A stretch of 64,000 nucleotides of DNA from Candidatus Falkowbacteria bacterium CG10_big_fil_rev_8_21_14_0_10_37_14 (GTDB taxonomy: Bacteria > Patescibacteriota > Patescibacteriia > Patescibacteriales > Patescibacteriaceae), in NCBI GenBank assembly GCA_002778705.1, contig PFAM01000004.1, forward strand, positions 20,109 to 84,108. The letters run 5' to 3'. The notes under the pieces are model-generated. The model did not search any database. It saw only the letters and a list, made by a program, of their open reading frames with translations, and was not told where the DNA came from. Positions 19,658 to 29,511 of this stretch are shown piece after piece. A program made the translations under genes and the position numbers. The stretch's first letter is position 1. Every line of letters begins with the position of its first letter.

Positions 19658-20039
19658 AATTTATTTTTTGCTTAAAATAATTGATAATCGGTTCATCACC
19701 AATTAAACATTGGCCATCGGCCCACAAGAATGGCACGCCAATGCTTTTAATATCAAGTCCGCAGCTTTCGGCTCGCTTAGTTAGCTCGGCAGCATTAGTT
19801 GAATTACGGTAAACCTCTTTATGTTCCCAGGTTAATTTTTCGGCTGCCCCAGATGAATCCAAAAAATCTTGGACTATTTTACAGTGAGGGCAAGTATCAC
19901 CATAATATAAAATTAAACCAGAGGTTGCTAAGACAGGAGTCTGTGCGACTATTACTTGTTTCTGAACCACTAAAGCCCAAATTGCCACCGGCAAAATCAT
20001 TAAAGTTAAAACGGCTGGAAGCCAAAGTTTATATTTCAT
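19647..20039 (-). CDS. Membrane-anchored thioredoxin/glutaredoxin-fold protein
   Basis: N-terminal TM segment, CPHC, cis-Pro GVP, GDEPI. Confidence 0.8.
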   Translation of the reverse strand: MKYKLWLPAVLTLMILPVAIWALVVQKQVIVAQTPVLATSGLILYYGDTCPHCKIVQDFLDSSGAAEKLTWEHKEVYRNSTNAAELTKRAESCGLDIKSIGVPFLWADGQCLIGDEPIINYFKQKINYAQ

Positions 20040-20042
20040 AAA

Positions 20043-20933
20043 TTATATTTTAAGCCCTTCTAAGAAACTACGCAAATCACCCGATAATTCTTTGTTTTTT
20101 AAACCTAATTGAACATTAGCCTTAAGCCAACCCAGTTTGCTGCCAGTATCTAGCCATTCGCCTTCTAATACTTGACCATAAACCGTTCCGCCTTGTTTTA
20201 AGTATACACTAAAAGCGTCAGCTAGACGAATTTCTCCGCTAATTCCACCCTTCATTTCACCCAAAATCTTCATAATTGCTGGTGTAATAATATACGCGCC
20301 CACAGCGGCCAAATCTGAAGGAGCCTCGAGAGTTTTAGGTTTTTCTACAAAGCTTTGTATTTTATAAAGATCATTGCCATAATCAATGCCACCAACAACA
20401 CCAAATTGACTAACATTTTCCAAGCCAACTCTAGACAAGCCAATCACTGGTGCTTGGCAAGTTTCATAAACTTTAATAAGCTGTTCGGATGGAGACACTT
20501 GACTATCATATAAAGTATCGCCAAACAGTACTAAAACCGGCTCATCACCAATTAAATGAGCAGCACAACTGATAGCCTGTCCATCGCCCAAAGGCATCGG
20601 CTGACGGACATAAGCAAATTTAGCCAAATCTGAAATGTGACGAACTTCCTCGACTAAATCCAGTTTATTTTTCTCGACCAGTGTACGATCCAGTTCGAAA
20701 GAATAATCAAAGTGATCTTCAATGGCACGCTTACCACGACCAGTTACAAAAACAATTTCTTCAATACCAGCCTCCGAGGCTTCTTCCACCAGATATTGAA
20801 TAGCCGGTTTATCAACCACTGGCAGCATCTCTTTAGGCTGTGCCTTAGTAGCTGGTAAAAATCTGGTACCAAAACCAGCAACGGGAATAATCGCTTTAGT
20901 GATAGATTTAGCTTTTTGATTTGATGGTTGCAT
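20043..20933 (-). CDS. galU: UTP--glucose-1-phosphate uridylyltransferase
   Basis: KAIIPVAGFGTRFLPATKAQPKEMLPVVDKP, VEKP. Confidence 0.95.
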   Translation of the reverse strand: MQPSNQKAKSITKAIIPVAGFGTRFLPATKAQPKEMLPVVDKPAIQYLVEEASEAGIEEIVFVTGRGKRAIEDHFDYSFELDRTLVEKNKLDLVEEVRHISDLAKFAYVRQPMPLGDGQAISCAAHLIGDEPVLVLFGDTLYDSQVSPSEQLIKVYETCQAPVIGLSRVGLENVSQFGVVGGIDYGNDLYKIQSFVEKPKTLEAPSDLAAVGAYIITPAIMKILGEMKGGISGEIRLADAFSVYLKQGGTVYGQVLEGEWLDTGSKLGWLKANVQLGLKNKELSGDLRSFLEGLKI

Positions 20934-20949
20934 ATGATAAAAATTGCCC

Positions 20950-21741
20950 TTACACCCCTTTCCATTTTAATAAATATTTAATCCAAGAAACAATATGAGT
21001 GCGAGTAGTTACCGAAGTGAAAAAATAATACCAAGGTGTCTGAGCACTTTCTCGGTTATGATTATGAATAATCTCTGCTCCAGGGTAATAAACCACTCGC
21101 CAACTTTTGCGATGAAAACGGCGACATAAATCAGTGTCTTCAAAGTATAGAAAAAACCTTTCATCAAAACCACCGACTTGAAGCAGGGCTTCACCGCGTA
21201 TAAACATAAATGAACCTAACAGCCAGTCAACTTCGCTGGAACTTTCTTTATCAAAATCAGTCATTAAAAATCTGGATAAATCTTGGCGGCCAGCTACAGT
21301 TTGTCCCAAAAAAGTGCGACGATATAAAGGCGTTAAAGCGCTATGCCAACGAAAACAAGAGTCCTGGACTGTATGATTGGGGTTATACTGTTTAGGACCA
21401 ACTAAACCAACTTGACTGTTAGCTTTCATGAAAGCATAAAGCGTCGGGATGGTATTCGGGAAAACTAGAGTATCAGGATTCATAACGCAAAGATACTTGC
21501 CTTTAGCACGACTAAAACCTAAATTGTTACCACCACCCATACCCAAATTAACTAAACTCTCTATCAAAATAACATCCGGGAATTGCCAGCGAATAATTTC
21601 GACCGAGTTATCCCCAGAAGCATTATCGACAACGATAATTTCATAGCTCAAATCACCCCAATCAGTAGCATACAGCGACTGCAGACAATTCAAGGTCAAG
21701 CCTTTCCTTTTATAATTAACAATAACAATGCTGATATCCAT
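20950..21741 (-). CDS. GT2 glycosyltransferase (WbbL/rhamnosyltransferase-like)
   Basis: SIVIVNY, VVDNASGD, MNPD, FDERFFLYFEDTDLC. Confidence 0.9.
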   Translation of the reverse strand: MDISIVIVNYKRKGLTLNCLQSLYATDWGDLSYEIIVVDNASGDNSVEIIRWQFPDVILIESLVNLGMGGGNNLGFSRAKGKYLCVMNPDTLVFPNTIPTLYAFMKANSQVGLVGPKQYNPNHTVQDSCFRWHSALTPLYRRTFLGQTVAGRQDLSRFLMTDFDKESSSEVDWLLGSFMFIRGEALLQVGGFDERFFLYFEDTDLCRRFHRKSWRVVYYPGAEIIHNHNRESAQTPWYYFFTSVTTRTHIVSWIKYLLKWKGV

Positions 21742-21748
21742 AATCGGT

Positions 21749-22828
21749 TTATCTTATAAAAAATTTGATTAACCAAAAGTAGCCAGTCAAAAAAACATTA
21801 GCCAAGCTTAAAGCCGGACTAGCCACCTCTTGATAATCTAGACGAGCGGAAAATAATTTAATTATTTTTTTATCATTTACCTTTCTTAGACTAATTGATT
21901 CCTGGCGTGCTTTGATTAAATATTTCCAAGTGCTCGGAGCTAAAAAATAATACCAAACTTTTAATTTCTCTTTAAGCCAACCACCCTTACTAGCTGAAAA
22001 CAACATAGCTAGTTCTATTACTAAAACAGCTGGCAAAACTAACAATAAAGTAAGAAGGCTATAGTGTTTAAAAATGGAAATTAAGCGGTTACGATCCATC
22101 CAATAGAACTTGACAATAGATCGGCTAAACTCGTAGTGGTGATAGAAAACAGCTTGAGAAGACAATAACACCTGCCAACCGTTCAACCATAAACGCCAAC
22201 CTAAGTCTTGATCTTCATTATACATCCAATACTCCTCATCAAATAAACCGATAGCGCGCAGAGCAGAAATTTTTAATAAAACCGCAGCACCACTTGGATA
22301 AGCTATTTGAAGCTCATCATACTTATCAATATCAGCTACTTGCCAAGTTTGGCGGTAGCCATTGCAATAACCAAAGCCTAAAAAGTGGGTAACATTCCCC
22401 AAGCTATTAACGAGATGCTTGTCCGGTGTCAACATAATTCTAGCCTGAACAGCACCGGCCTGTGGATGTTCTATGGCTAATTTAACTAATTGTTCTAAAC
22501 AGTCAACTGCCGGATAACCATCCATGTTAAACAAGACGGCGTACTCATAATCCTCGTTTAAAATAATTTTTAAAGCTAAATTATTACCGCCTGCAAAACC
22601 AAGGTTATCAGAGCTTGATAAAAATCTTAAGCGTTTACTCCAGCCCTCACCCCAGATATTAATTGCCAGTTGACGAAAAGATTCAAACGATTCATCAGTA
22701 CTACCGTTATCAACTAAAAAAATATCAAAGTTTTGATTACTTTGCTTTTTTAAGCCAAGCAAACACTCCCGTAAGTATTTATCGGCATAATCACCCCAAT
22801 TTGGGCTAATAATAACGGCTAGCTTCAT
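21749..22828 (-). CDS. GT2 glycosyltransferase
   Basis: LVDNGSTD, NLGFAGGNN, FDEEYWMYNEDQDLGWR. Confidence 0.9.
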   Translation of the reverse strand: MKLAVIISPNWGDYADKYLRECLLGLKKQSNQNFDIFLVDNGSTDESFESFRQLAINIWGEGWSKRLRFLSSSDNLGFAGGNNLALKIILNEDYEYAVLFNMDGYPAVDCLEQLVKLAIEHPQAGAVQARIMLTPDKHLVNSLGNVTHFLGFGYCNGYRQTWQVADIDKYDELQIAYPSGAAVLLKISALRAIGLFDEEYWMYNEDQDLGWRLWLNGWQVLLSSQAVFYHHYEFSRSIVKFYWMDRNRLISIFKHYSLLTLLLVLPAVLVIELAMLFSASKGGWLKEKLKVWYYFLAPSTWKYLIKARQESISLRKVNDKKIIKLFSARLDYQEVASPALSLANVFLTGYFWLIKFFIR

Positions 22829-23003
22829 ATATTCTATTATAGCGTATTATAGCTTATTTTAAAAAAAAACATTAGTCAAATTACTAAAAACTCAATAAAA
22901 TATAAAAAACATTAAACTTGCCGACATTGCTTATTGTTGTTAAAGTATAATAATTACTACTGCTTGGAGAGACTTCCGCATTCACCGAAGTCAATACAAA
23001 AAC

Positions 23004-23618
23004 ATGTTAATAGATTTTGAACAACAATTATTTTTAAATGGTCTAAAAAGACTGGCCGGTACAGACGAGGCGGGGCGAGGACCGTTAGCGGGACCAGTGG
23101 TAGCCGCCACTGTGATAATCAATCATGATTGGCCCTTACCTGATAGTCTTAGGGCCGTTAATGATAGTAAGAAACTGACCACTAAAAAACGCGAAGCCTT
23201 ATTTGAGATAATAAAAACTAGCGTACCTAATTATGGCATCGCCATTGTTGATCATCAAACAATAGACCATATCAATATTTTACAAGCCTCTTTAGAAGCT
23301 ATGTATCAGGCAACTTTAGCTGCCGGTGCTAAATCTGACTGTTTATTGATAGATGGAAATCAACTGTTACCAAATTATAAACACCGTCAACAAACCTTGG
23401 TTGGTGGAGATGGTCTAAGCTTTACTATAGCTGCGGCGTCCATCTTAGCTAAAGTAACACGAGACCGACTAATGGAAGAATACGGCAAACTATACCCAGA
23501 ATATGGCTTCGCCAAGCACAAAGGCTATGGTACAGCCGCACATTTAGCAGCTATAAAAAAATATGGTCCCTCGCCCATACATCGTCTTAGTTTTGCGCCA
23601 ATGAAAAATAAAAAATAA
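23004..23618 (+). CDS. rnhB: Ribonuclease HII
   Basis: GTDEAGRGPLAGPV, DSKKL, IAAASILAKVTRD, KHKGYGT, HRLSF. Confidence 0.96.
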   Translation: MLIDFEQQLFLNGLKRLAGTDEAGRGPLAGPVVAATVIINHDWPLPDSLRAVNDSKKLTTKKREALFEIIKTSVPNYGIAIVDHQTIDHINILQASLEAMYQATLAAGAKSDCLLIDGNQLLPNYKHRQQTLVGGDGLSFTIAAASILAKVTRDRLMEEYGKLYPEYGFAKHKGYGTAAHLAAIKKYGPSPIHRLSFAPMKNKK

Positions 23619-23623
23619 CTCTA

Positions 23624-24484
23624 TTAAGTTTTTGTTTTAGACTCAAGCTTTAGAATAATAGCTAAGCTTGTAATTATTCTGCCAATAAACCAGGCTAAGC
23701 GTAATAAAATTACTTCAATTGGGCTGTGCCATTTTATAAAATATTTAAGCATAGACTGGCGAAAATAGCTTTGTGCCCGACCACGAGAAATCAGCTTAAA
23801 GCTCTGCCCCACATAATCTATGGCCACAGCCACGGGAGTATACCAAACCTGTAAACCGATGGCTTTAGCTCGCTGACAATAATCCACTTCTTCAAACCAG
23901 ACAAAAAACCGTTCATCCAAACCCCCTAATTTTTCATAGGCAAAACGACGAATCATAAAACAAGCACCTCGAATAGAATCTACTCTAGCCGACTTGCTAT
24001 AATCAAAATCTCTAGCCAGATAGCTATCTAAAATATGCGGAGAAAGATGCGGTAATTTTAAGGCGATGGCTGTTTGATCTAAAATAGTTGGAAAACGACG
24101 CACATGATGAATTAATCCGCCATACTCATTAACGAGCCTTGGTCCACTAATAGCTGCCTGAGGGTTAGCCTCAAGCCAATCTAACCAAGCGGTTAGAGTA
24201 TTAGGCCGAAGCTTCATATCAGGGTTCAATAGCAGTAGATAGCGCCCCTTCGACTGGCTCAGAGCCAGATTGTTGGCGCGTGCAAAACCAATATTTTCTT
24301 TATTAGCAATCAACTTAACCCAGGAAAAGTGTTTTTTAATCATTTCCACGGTACCGTCCTTAGAAGCATTATCCACCACAAAAACTTCGGCATCCAAAGA
24401 TTCTAAAGCCGCCGATAAAGACCGCAAATTTATCTTGAGAACTTCTTTTGATTTCCAAGAAACAATAATAATGCTTAATAACAT
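23624..24484 (-). CDS. GT2 glycosyltransferase
   Basis: VVDNASKD, NIGFARANN, LLNPD, DERFFVWFEEVDYC. Confidence 0.9.
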   Translation of the reverse strand: MLLSIIIVSWKSKEVLKINLRSLSAALESLDAEVFVVDNASKDGTVEMIKKHFSWVKLIANKENIGFARANNLALSQSKGRYLLLLNPDMKLRPNTLTAWLDWLEANPQAAISGPRLVNEYGGLIHHVRRFPTILDQTAIALKLPHLSPHILDSYLARDFDYSKSARVDSIRGACFMIRRFAYEKLGGLDERFFVWFEEVDYCQRAKAIGLQVWYTPVAVAIDYVGQSFKLISRGRAQSYFRQSMLKYFIKWHSPIEVILLRLAWFIGRIITSLAIILKLESKTKT

Positions 24485-24487
24485 AAA

Positions 24488-25459
24488 TTATTTTATCCGC
24501 TTTGGGATTATAATTCTTTTTTTATTTTTCCAAAACCAGGTCCAAGCCGACAACAACGACCGATCAAAAATTAACGCATAGAGCCCTTCAGCGACTAAAC
24601 CAAAAAATAATTTCATCAAACCGAATAAAGATTCCTGACGCCAATACTTCCAGACTAAAACCAATTGATGCTTTCTGGACCACAATTTAGCCTTTTGATT
24701 TTTAGTGGCTTGTGCTTTCAAACGAGCTAACAAACCAATCCCCCGCCCGGCCACACTGCGGTCATGCCACACTCCTGCTGATGGTACTAATTCAGATTTC
24801 CAACCAGCCAACTTTAAACGCATGGCTAAATCCGAGTCTTCTTTATACATAAACATTAATTCATCAAAATATTGACCGCTAGTTGTTACCGATTGCAAGG
24901 CGGACACACGATATAATCCAGCACAACCGGATGGCCCAAGAACCTTGGCATTATCAAAACGGCCATGATCGGTTTCCCCTTGCCCGATATCAACAAATCG
25001 CAAGCCTGACAATTTAACGATACCACAACTATCCAAACGTTTAGTTTTTTTATTCAAAAGAAAGTCCCAATAAAAAACTTTAGGTACCACGCTACCAAGT
25101 TTATCGTTAAGCATAATTGCGGCTAATAATTTTTCAATAGCTTCTTCCGACCACAGAGTATCAGGATTAACAACTAAAAAATAATCGGCATCCCAAGCAA
25201 GAGCTTCTGTAATTAAAATATTATAAGCCCGACCAAAGCCGATATTTTCCACGCCTGACAAATAATTAATTTGTGGATAATCCATTAAAAAAGAATGATT
25301 GGACTGGTCGGCTGGCTGATTATCCCAACACCAAAAACGAGCAGACGAGCCGCTCTTTTCTACTGCTAACAACAAACTTTTCACAAAGGCAGGCAAGTAT
25401 TTGGCAGTAGCGGAGCCATAGACCAAAAAGCCAACTGCCAGTTTTACAGGACGAGCCAT
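24488..25459 (-). CDS. GT2 glycosyltransferase
   Basis: NIGFGRAYN, VVNPD, FDELMFMYKEDSDL. Confidence 0.88.
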   Translation of the reverse strand: MARPVKLAVGFLVYGSATAKYLPAFVKSLLLAVEKSGSSARFWCWDNQPADQSNHSFLMDYPQINYLSGVENIGFGRAYNILITEALAWDADYFLVVNPDTLWSEEAIEKLLAAIMLNDKLGSVVPKVFYWDFLLNKKTKRLDSCGIVKLSGLRFVDIGQGETDHGRFDNAKVLGPSGCAGLYRVSALQSVTTSGQYFDELMFMYKEDSDLAMRLKLAGWKSELVPSAGVWHDRSVAGRGIGLLARLKAQATKNQKAKLWSRKHQLVLVWKYWRQESLFGLMKLFFGLVAEGLYALIFDRSLLSAWTWFWKNKKRIIIPKRIK

Positions 25460-25462
25460 AGA

Positions 25463-26182
25463 CTATAAAATATTAGCCAAAATTAATTTTAAATATTTCA
25501 TAATCTCTTGCTGTTCCAATAAAGAGTTTTCAACTTCTAAAACAATATATTTACTGAAATAGTTTAGTGGAACGGTTTTGAGATACTCAAGGTCTTTCAA
25601 GCTACTAATCCAGTGACTATCCCCTCGTTTGCCAATTAAAGCATTAAAAATATCGTGCTTATAACCGCTGATATGGTTAACACCGATAGGTAAATCTGCT
25701 AAGACACTTAGCAAACGCCTATAACCAGGCTTATCGGTATCTTTGGTGTTCTGATAATGGGCCAAATCTAAGCAAACGCCGATAGCTTGGTGTTTGGTAA
25801 AAGTATCTTTATTAAAGAATAAATCTTTACGTAAATCACCATTTTCAACATAAATTAAACTAGCGTAACGGGCTAAAGAATCAAGCAAAACTAAATGCTC
25901 TGGATTAGCATGGCAACTAAAAATTTTTGTCTTAAACCGCTCCATTAAATAATCCAGCTCTTCTGAAAAAAAATCTTGACGCAAATGCACATAAGGGATA
26001 TTAACCACACCACTAGTTTCCAGTAATTTGTATAAATCTTGTCGTTCTTCATAACTCAAGCAAGTCGGCAACAAAGCGATTTCTTTGAGGCCAAGTTCTT
26101 TAATTTCGGCCACCTTATCACGCCAATTTGACTTAGGCGTAGTAGTTAAACCAAATAGTAGTTGCTTTTTATCATTAGACAT
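25463..26182 (-). CDS. Hypothetical protein, probable xylose-isomerase/AP-endonuclease-2-like TIM barrel
   Basis: YVHL, IYVEN, VCLDLAH, HISG, IVLEVEN metal-ligand pattern. Confidence 0.6.
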   Translation of the reverse strand: MSNDKKQLLFGLTTTPKSNWRDKVAEIKELGLKEIALLPTCLSYEERQDLYKLLETSGVVNIPYVHLRQDFFSEELDYLMERFKTKIFSCHANPEHLVLLDSLARYASLIYVENGDLRKDLFFNKDTFTKHQAIGVCLDLAHYQNTKDTDKPGYRRLLSVLADLPIGVNHISGYKHDIFNALIGKRGDSHWISSLKDLEYLKTVPLNYFSKYIVLEVENSLLEQQEIMKYLKLILANIL

Positions 26183-26236
26183 AAGACTTTTATAGCTTTA
26201 TTTTAAGTTTAGCATTTTTTTAAAAGCAAGGCAACT

Positions 26237-27277
26237 TTATTTTTTCAAACTTTTTAATATTTTATCAACTTCGGTAAAAACCACCTTATTACCCTGGCGT
26301 GGATAACTAGCCAGCTTCTTTTCAAAAATAGGTAGTTTCTTTTCAAAATCTTTTATTTTAGCGACTGTTAGCTCTTTAGCCCAATCGCCATAACCGCTTT
26401 TACCAAGCTGATAGGCATTTAGAACTTGCTCAAATTGTAATTTAGCTGGTATAGCCAAATAAGGTTTACCTAAATACAAAGATTCACTAATTAAAGAAAA
26501 ACCGGCATTAGCCACAATAGCCTTAGCCCCAGATAAATCACGCAAAAAGTTTTTTTGATCATAAAGACGATAACTAATCAAACCCTCGTCTATTTTTTTG
26601 TTTAAGCCATAAACTACAAATCTTTTTTTAGATTTTTTTAAAGCTCCGATAACATTATCAGCCGGAGAAGTGAAATAAACCAAAATATAATTATCTTGGC
26701 GAGGAACTAATTTTAAAACCTCTTGTCTAACAATTGGCGGTAAAATTGTGGTGCGATCCTCTGTAGCATTGGCCTTAAAAAAACTTAAAATCAAATAATT
26801 TCGGGACTTAAAAATCAAAAGTCTGGTAACAAGTTTAGCTACCAGTGCTTCAGCTTGGTAACGAAGCGGATAATCCGCATCGCTTCTGGTTAAAATGTGC
26901 TGATTATCTATAGACACCAGTGGTATTTTTCTTAAATTAGCCACAATACAGCTAAGTGGTTCAAAATCGGTGAACACGATATCTGGTTTAAAATTATCTA
27001 TAATTTTTTTAACCCTTTCTAAAGATCTGGCAGCCTCAGGAGTCTTCAAAAGATTATCGAACATGGTCTCTAAATAGTGAACCTGATTTTTTTTGTAAGT
27101 AAACTTGAGACCAAAAATTTTCTCTGTATCAAAAAATTGCGATAAAAAATCAAAGCCACGGTCATAAGAAATAACCTTAACTTGATGCTTCTTCGATATC
27201 AGATAACTAATAATTTCTTTGGAACGAGCTGCGTGTCCAAAACCCTCCCCCGAAACTCCGTATAAAATTTTTGACAT
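26237..27277 (-). CDS. MJ1255/VC2487-like GT-B glycosyltransferase
   Basis: ILYGVSGEGFGHAARS, TDFEP, SIDNQH, NAGFSLISE, QFEQVLNA. Confidence 0.85.
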   Translation of the reverse strand: MSKILYGVSGEGFGHAARSKEIISYLISKKHQVKVISYDRGFDFLSQFFDTEKIFGLKFTYKKNQVHYLETMFDNLLKTPEAARSLERVKKIIDNFKPDIVFTDFEPLSCIVANLRKIPLVSIDNQHILTRSDADYPLRYQAEALVAKLVTRLLIFKSRNYLILSFFKANATEDRTTILPPIVRQEVLKLVPRQDNYILVYFTSPADNVIGALKKSKKRFVVYGLNKKIDEGLISYRLYDQKNFLRDLSGAKAIVANAGFSLISESLYLGKPYLAIPAKLQFEQVLNAYQLGKSGYGDWAKELTVAKIKDFEKKLPIFEKKLASYPRQGNKVVFTEVDKILKSLKK

Positions 27278-27279
27278 AC

Positions 27280-27684
27280 TTAAAGGGCTGACTTAAAAGC
27301 ATTAACCATTTTTTTAGCCTCCTCGCCCTTGTATTGTTTCTGTGGCCAAGCCTTTAACCCGTCATCCCCATATCTCGGAATGATGTGACAATGAAAATGA
27401 TCAACAACTTGCCCAGCTGTAGCTCCATTATTAATAATAATGTTATAGCCAGAAACTTTTAAAGATTTTTTCATGGCCATACCAAGTTTTTTAACAATTT
27501 GCATCACATAGCCTAAAAGTAAATCATCTACCTCTTCGATGCTCTCGACATGCTTTTTGACAACTAGTAAAATGTGTCCCAAGTTAACAGGAGCGATGTC
27601 TAAAAAAGCTAAGACATGATCATCTTCATACACTTTATCACAAAGTAATTCACCTTTAATGATTTTACAAAAAATACATTGCAT
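27280..27684 (-). CDS. HIT family protein
   Basis: MQCIFCKII, AFLDIAP, AGQVVDHFHCHIIPR. Confidence 0.93.
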   Translation of the reverse strand: MQCIFCKIIKGELLCDKVYEDDHVLAFLDIAPVNLGHILLVVKKHVESIEEVDDLLLGYVMQIVKKLGMAMKKSLKVSGYNIIINNGATAGQVVDHFHCHIIPRYGDDGLKAWPQKQYKGEEAKKMVNAFKSAL

Positions 27685-27696
27685 ATATTTGAATAC

Positions 27697-27835
27697 CATA
27701 TCAAAATCCAAATATCCAATGTCAAACCAAAGGGCCCAAAATCTAAATCTCAAATAAATAACAAAAAAATTGGTATTATTTTATCATTTGATTTTTAAGC
27801 ATTGATTGGAAATTGGAAATTAGAAAGTTGACATT
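27697..27835. repeat. Heptamer-periodic inverted-repeat element, empty copy A
   Basis: Left arm aaatcca-aatatcc-aatgtca; right arm attgatt-ggaaatt-ggaaatt-agaaagt-tgacatt; aligns over its length with 32742-32884. Confidence 0.85.
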
Positions 27836-27841
27836 TTATTA

Positions 27842-28039
27842 TCACTTTTCCTCTCCCCAAACTATTACTATTATACCACTGATTACACAAAAAATAAACC
27901 AAGCTGATAAATTCAAAATAGAAAGCACTGATCTAGGCGCAATTATCTCTAAAAATATAAAAATAAGCAGACCAACAAATAGTACTTTAAATAGGACTAC
28001 AACATATTCCAAAATTTCGGTACGAGTTATTTTGGCCAT
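27842..28039 (-). CDS. Small two-TM membrane protein
   Basis: 65 aa, hydrophobic, overlaps the upstream gene end. Confidence 0.65.
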   Translation of the reverse strand: MAKITRTEILEYVVVLFKVLFVGLLIFIFLEIIAPRSVLSILNLSAWFIFCVISGIIVIVWGEEK

Positions 28040-29415
28040 AGTTTTTTAATTAAATCTTTAAGTCCTGCCCCAGTGAACTCAGCTTTTATTTCACTGATTT
28101 GGGGTGGCGTTCCCTCCCCATTCCAAGACAACATCAATTCATAATTACCTTGATCCCGCAGGCTACTTTTTAAATCAAAATCGACTTCCACCACCCGGCT
28201 TTCAGCTTCAACTAAAGGTCGCTGATAATCGGCTATAATATACTTAATCCGTTGATCATTCATAATACTAGCATCCAACTGACGAACGACTGGTCCAACC
28301 AAGCCGTCAATCCAAAAAGTTAGACGACCATTTAAGCCAACTTTATAACCACCCTTACTTAAATTAAATCTGCAAACTGTTTTTTGACAATCGCCTTTAT
28401 AAACAAAATTTTGATAAATTTTATCAACCACTAAAGAGTCTTTATCTATAGAAAATTCTCCTAAAGACTCGGGCAAACCGGTGGACAAAGCTAGATGAGA
28501 GCCAGAGAGCCATAAGGTAGTACCACGAGTTATTTGCACTGAACTTAGAAAGGCTAGTTTTTGTTGCTGAGTAGCTAATTCATCAATAATAGTTTTATCT
28601 CCACCGATCCAATCCCAACGATACAAACCTTCTGGTAGCTTGTCGATGCGAGCTGCTAATTTCAAAGAGTTGTCAATCTTTACAAAATCATTCAAAGTGT
28701 ATTCTTTAACTAGCTTGCCGTCAGAAGAACGCAATGACAACTTAATCTGAGCATCTACAGTCGAGGCTTTAGTGGTTAAATCTAAAACAGCTACTTCGTT
28801 TTTGAGATATGTTTCAGCTGTCCAAGAACCTTTCAGGCCTGAGATTTTATGCCAATCGGTTTTAGCTTGATAGTTCTTAATAAAAAAAGGTTTAGTCCAC
28901 TCATAATTGTAAACAGCCACACTACCCTCTGTTGGTGGGTTGGCTAAAAAATCTTCGACACTTGAATAATGTTCCTCGCGTTGCAATAACAATAAAGATT
29001 CTTTTTCTAAAACACCCCAAATCTTACTGGAAATTAATTCTGACAACCAACGATTGTCTATATTTCTTGTTTCATAACGCCAGAGCTGGCGATCTTGTAA
29101 AACACCAACAGCTAATGAGCCGGCATCGTTTAAGCGATAGCGAATTGTTAAATGTAATTTATTAAAAGGCCTGGAAGCAAAGATTGGAACATACACAGGA
29201 GAGCCAATTAATTGATAACCGTCGGTAGTTAACGAACTAATTCTTTCGAGTGGACGCCAAGTGCCAAAACGCTGGTGTGTATCAAAGGGTCGCCAAATAT
29301 AAACAGCTCGCCCGAGCGGTACAACCAAACTCCAAAGAATAACAACAATCAAAGTGGCTAATAACCACCATAAAATAAGGGTATAGGTTTTGAGATATTT
29401 ATTCAGCATTACCAT
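28027..29415 (-). CDS. Membrane-anchored hypothetical protein
   Basis: 462-aa ORF with an N-terminal TM segment. Confidence 0.7.
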   Translation of the reverse strand: MVMLNKYLKTYTLILWWLLATLIVVILWSLVVPLGRAVYIWRPFDTHQRFGTWRPLERISSLTTDGYQLIGSPVYVPIFASRPFNKLHLTIRYRLNDAGSLAVGVLQDRQLWRYETRNIDNRWLSELISSKIWGVLEKESLLLLQREEHYSSVEDFLANPPTEGSVAVYNYEWTKPFFIKNYQAKTDWHKISGLKGSWTAETYLKNEVAVLDLTTKASTVDAQIKLSLRSSDGKLVKEYTLNDFVKIDNSLKLAARIDKLPEGLYRWDWIGGDKTIIDELATQQQKLAFLSSVQITRGTTLWLSGSHLALSTGLPESLGEFSIDKDSLVVDKIYQNFVYKGDCQKTVCRFNLSKGGYKVGLNGRLTFWIDGLVGPVVRQLDASIMNDQRIKYIIADYQRPLVEAESRVVEVDFDLKSSLRDQGNYELMLSWNGEGTPPQISEIKAEFTGAGLKDLIKKLWPK

Positions 29416-29511
29416 ACTTTAACCACTGTTTTGTCGTTTTGTCAATGTAACTCCCCTGGACTTTTTACTAAAAAAATGCTACCGTATTATCAATTAACCT
29501 AATATAAACTT

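Noticed and set aside
22962..22995. TGGAGAGAC...CACCGAAG upstream of rnhB resembles a glycine riboswitch start; TGGAGAGAC plus a hairpin also precedes gap
   Set aside because: No downstream CTCAGG element or room for the aptamer, and the gene context is unrelated; a 9-nt match may be chance.
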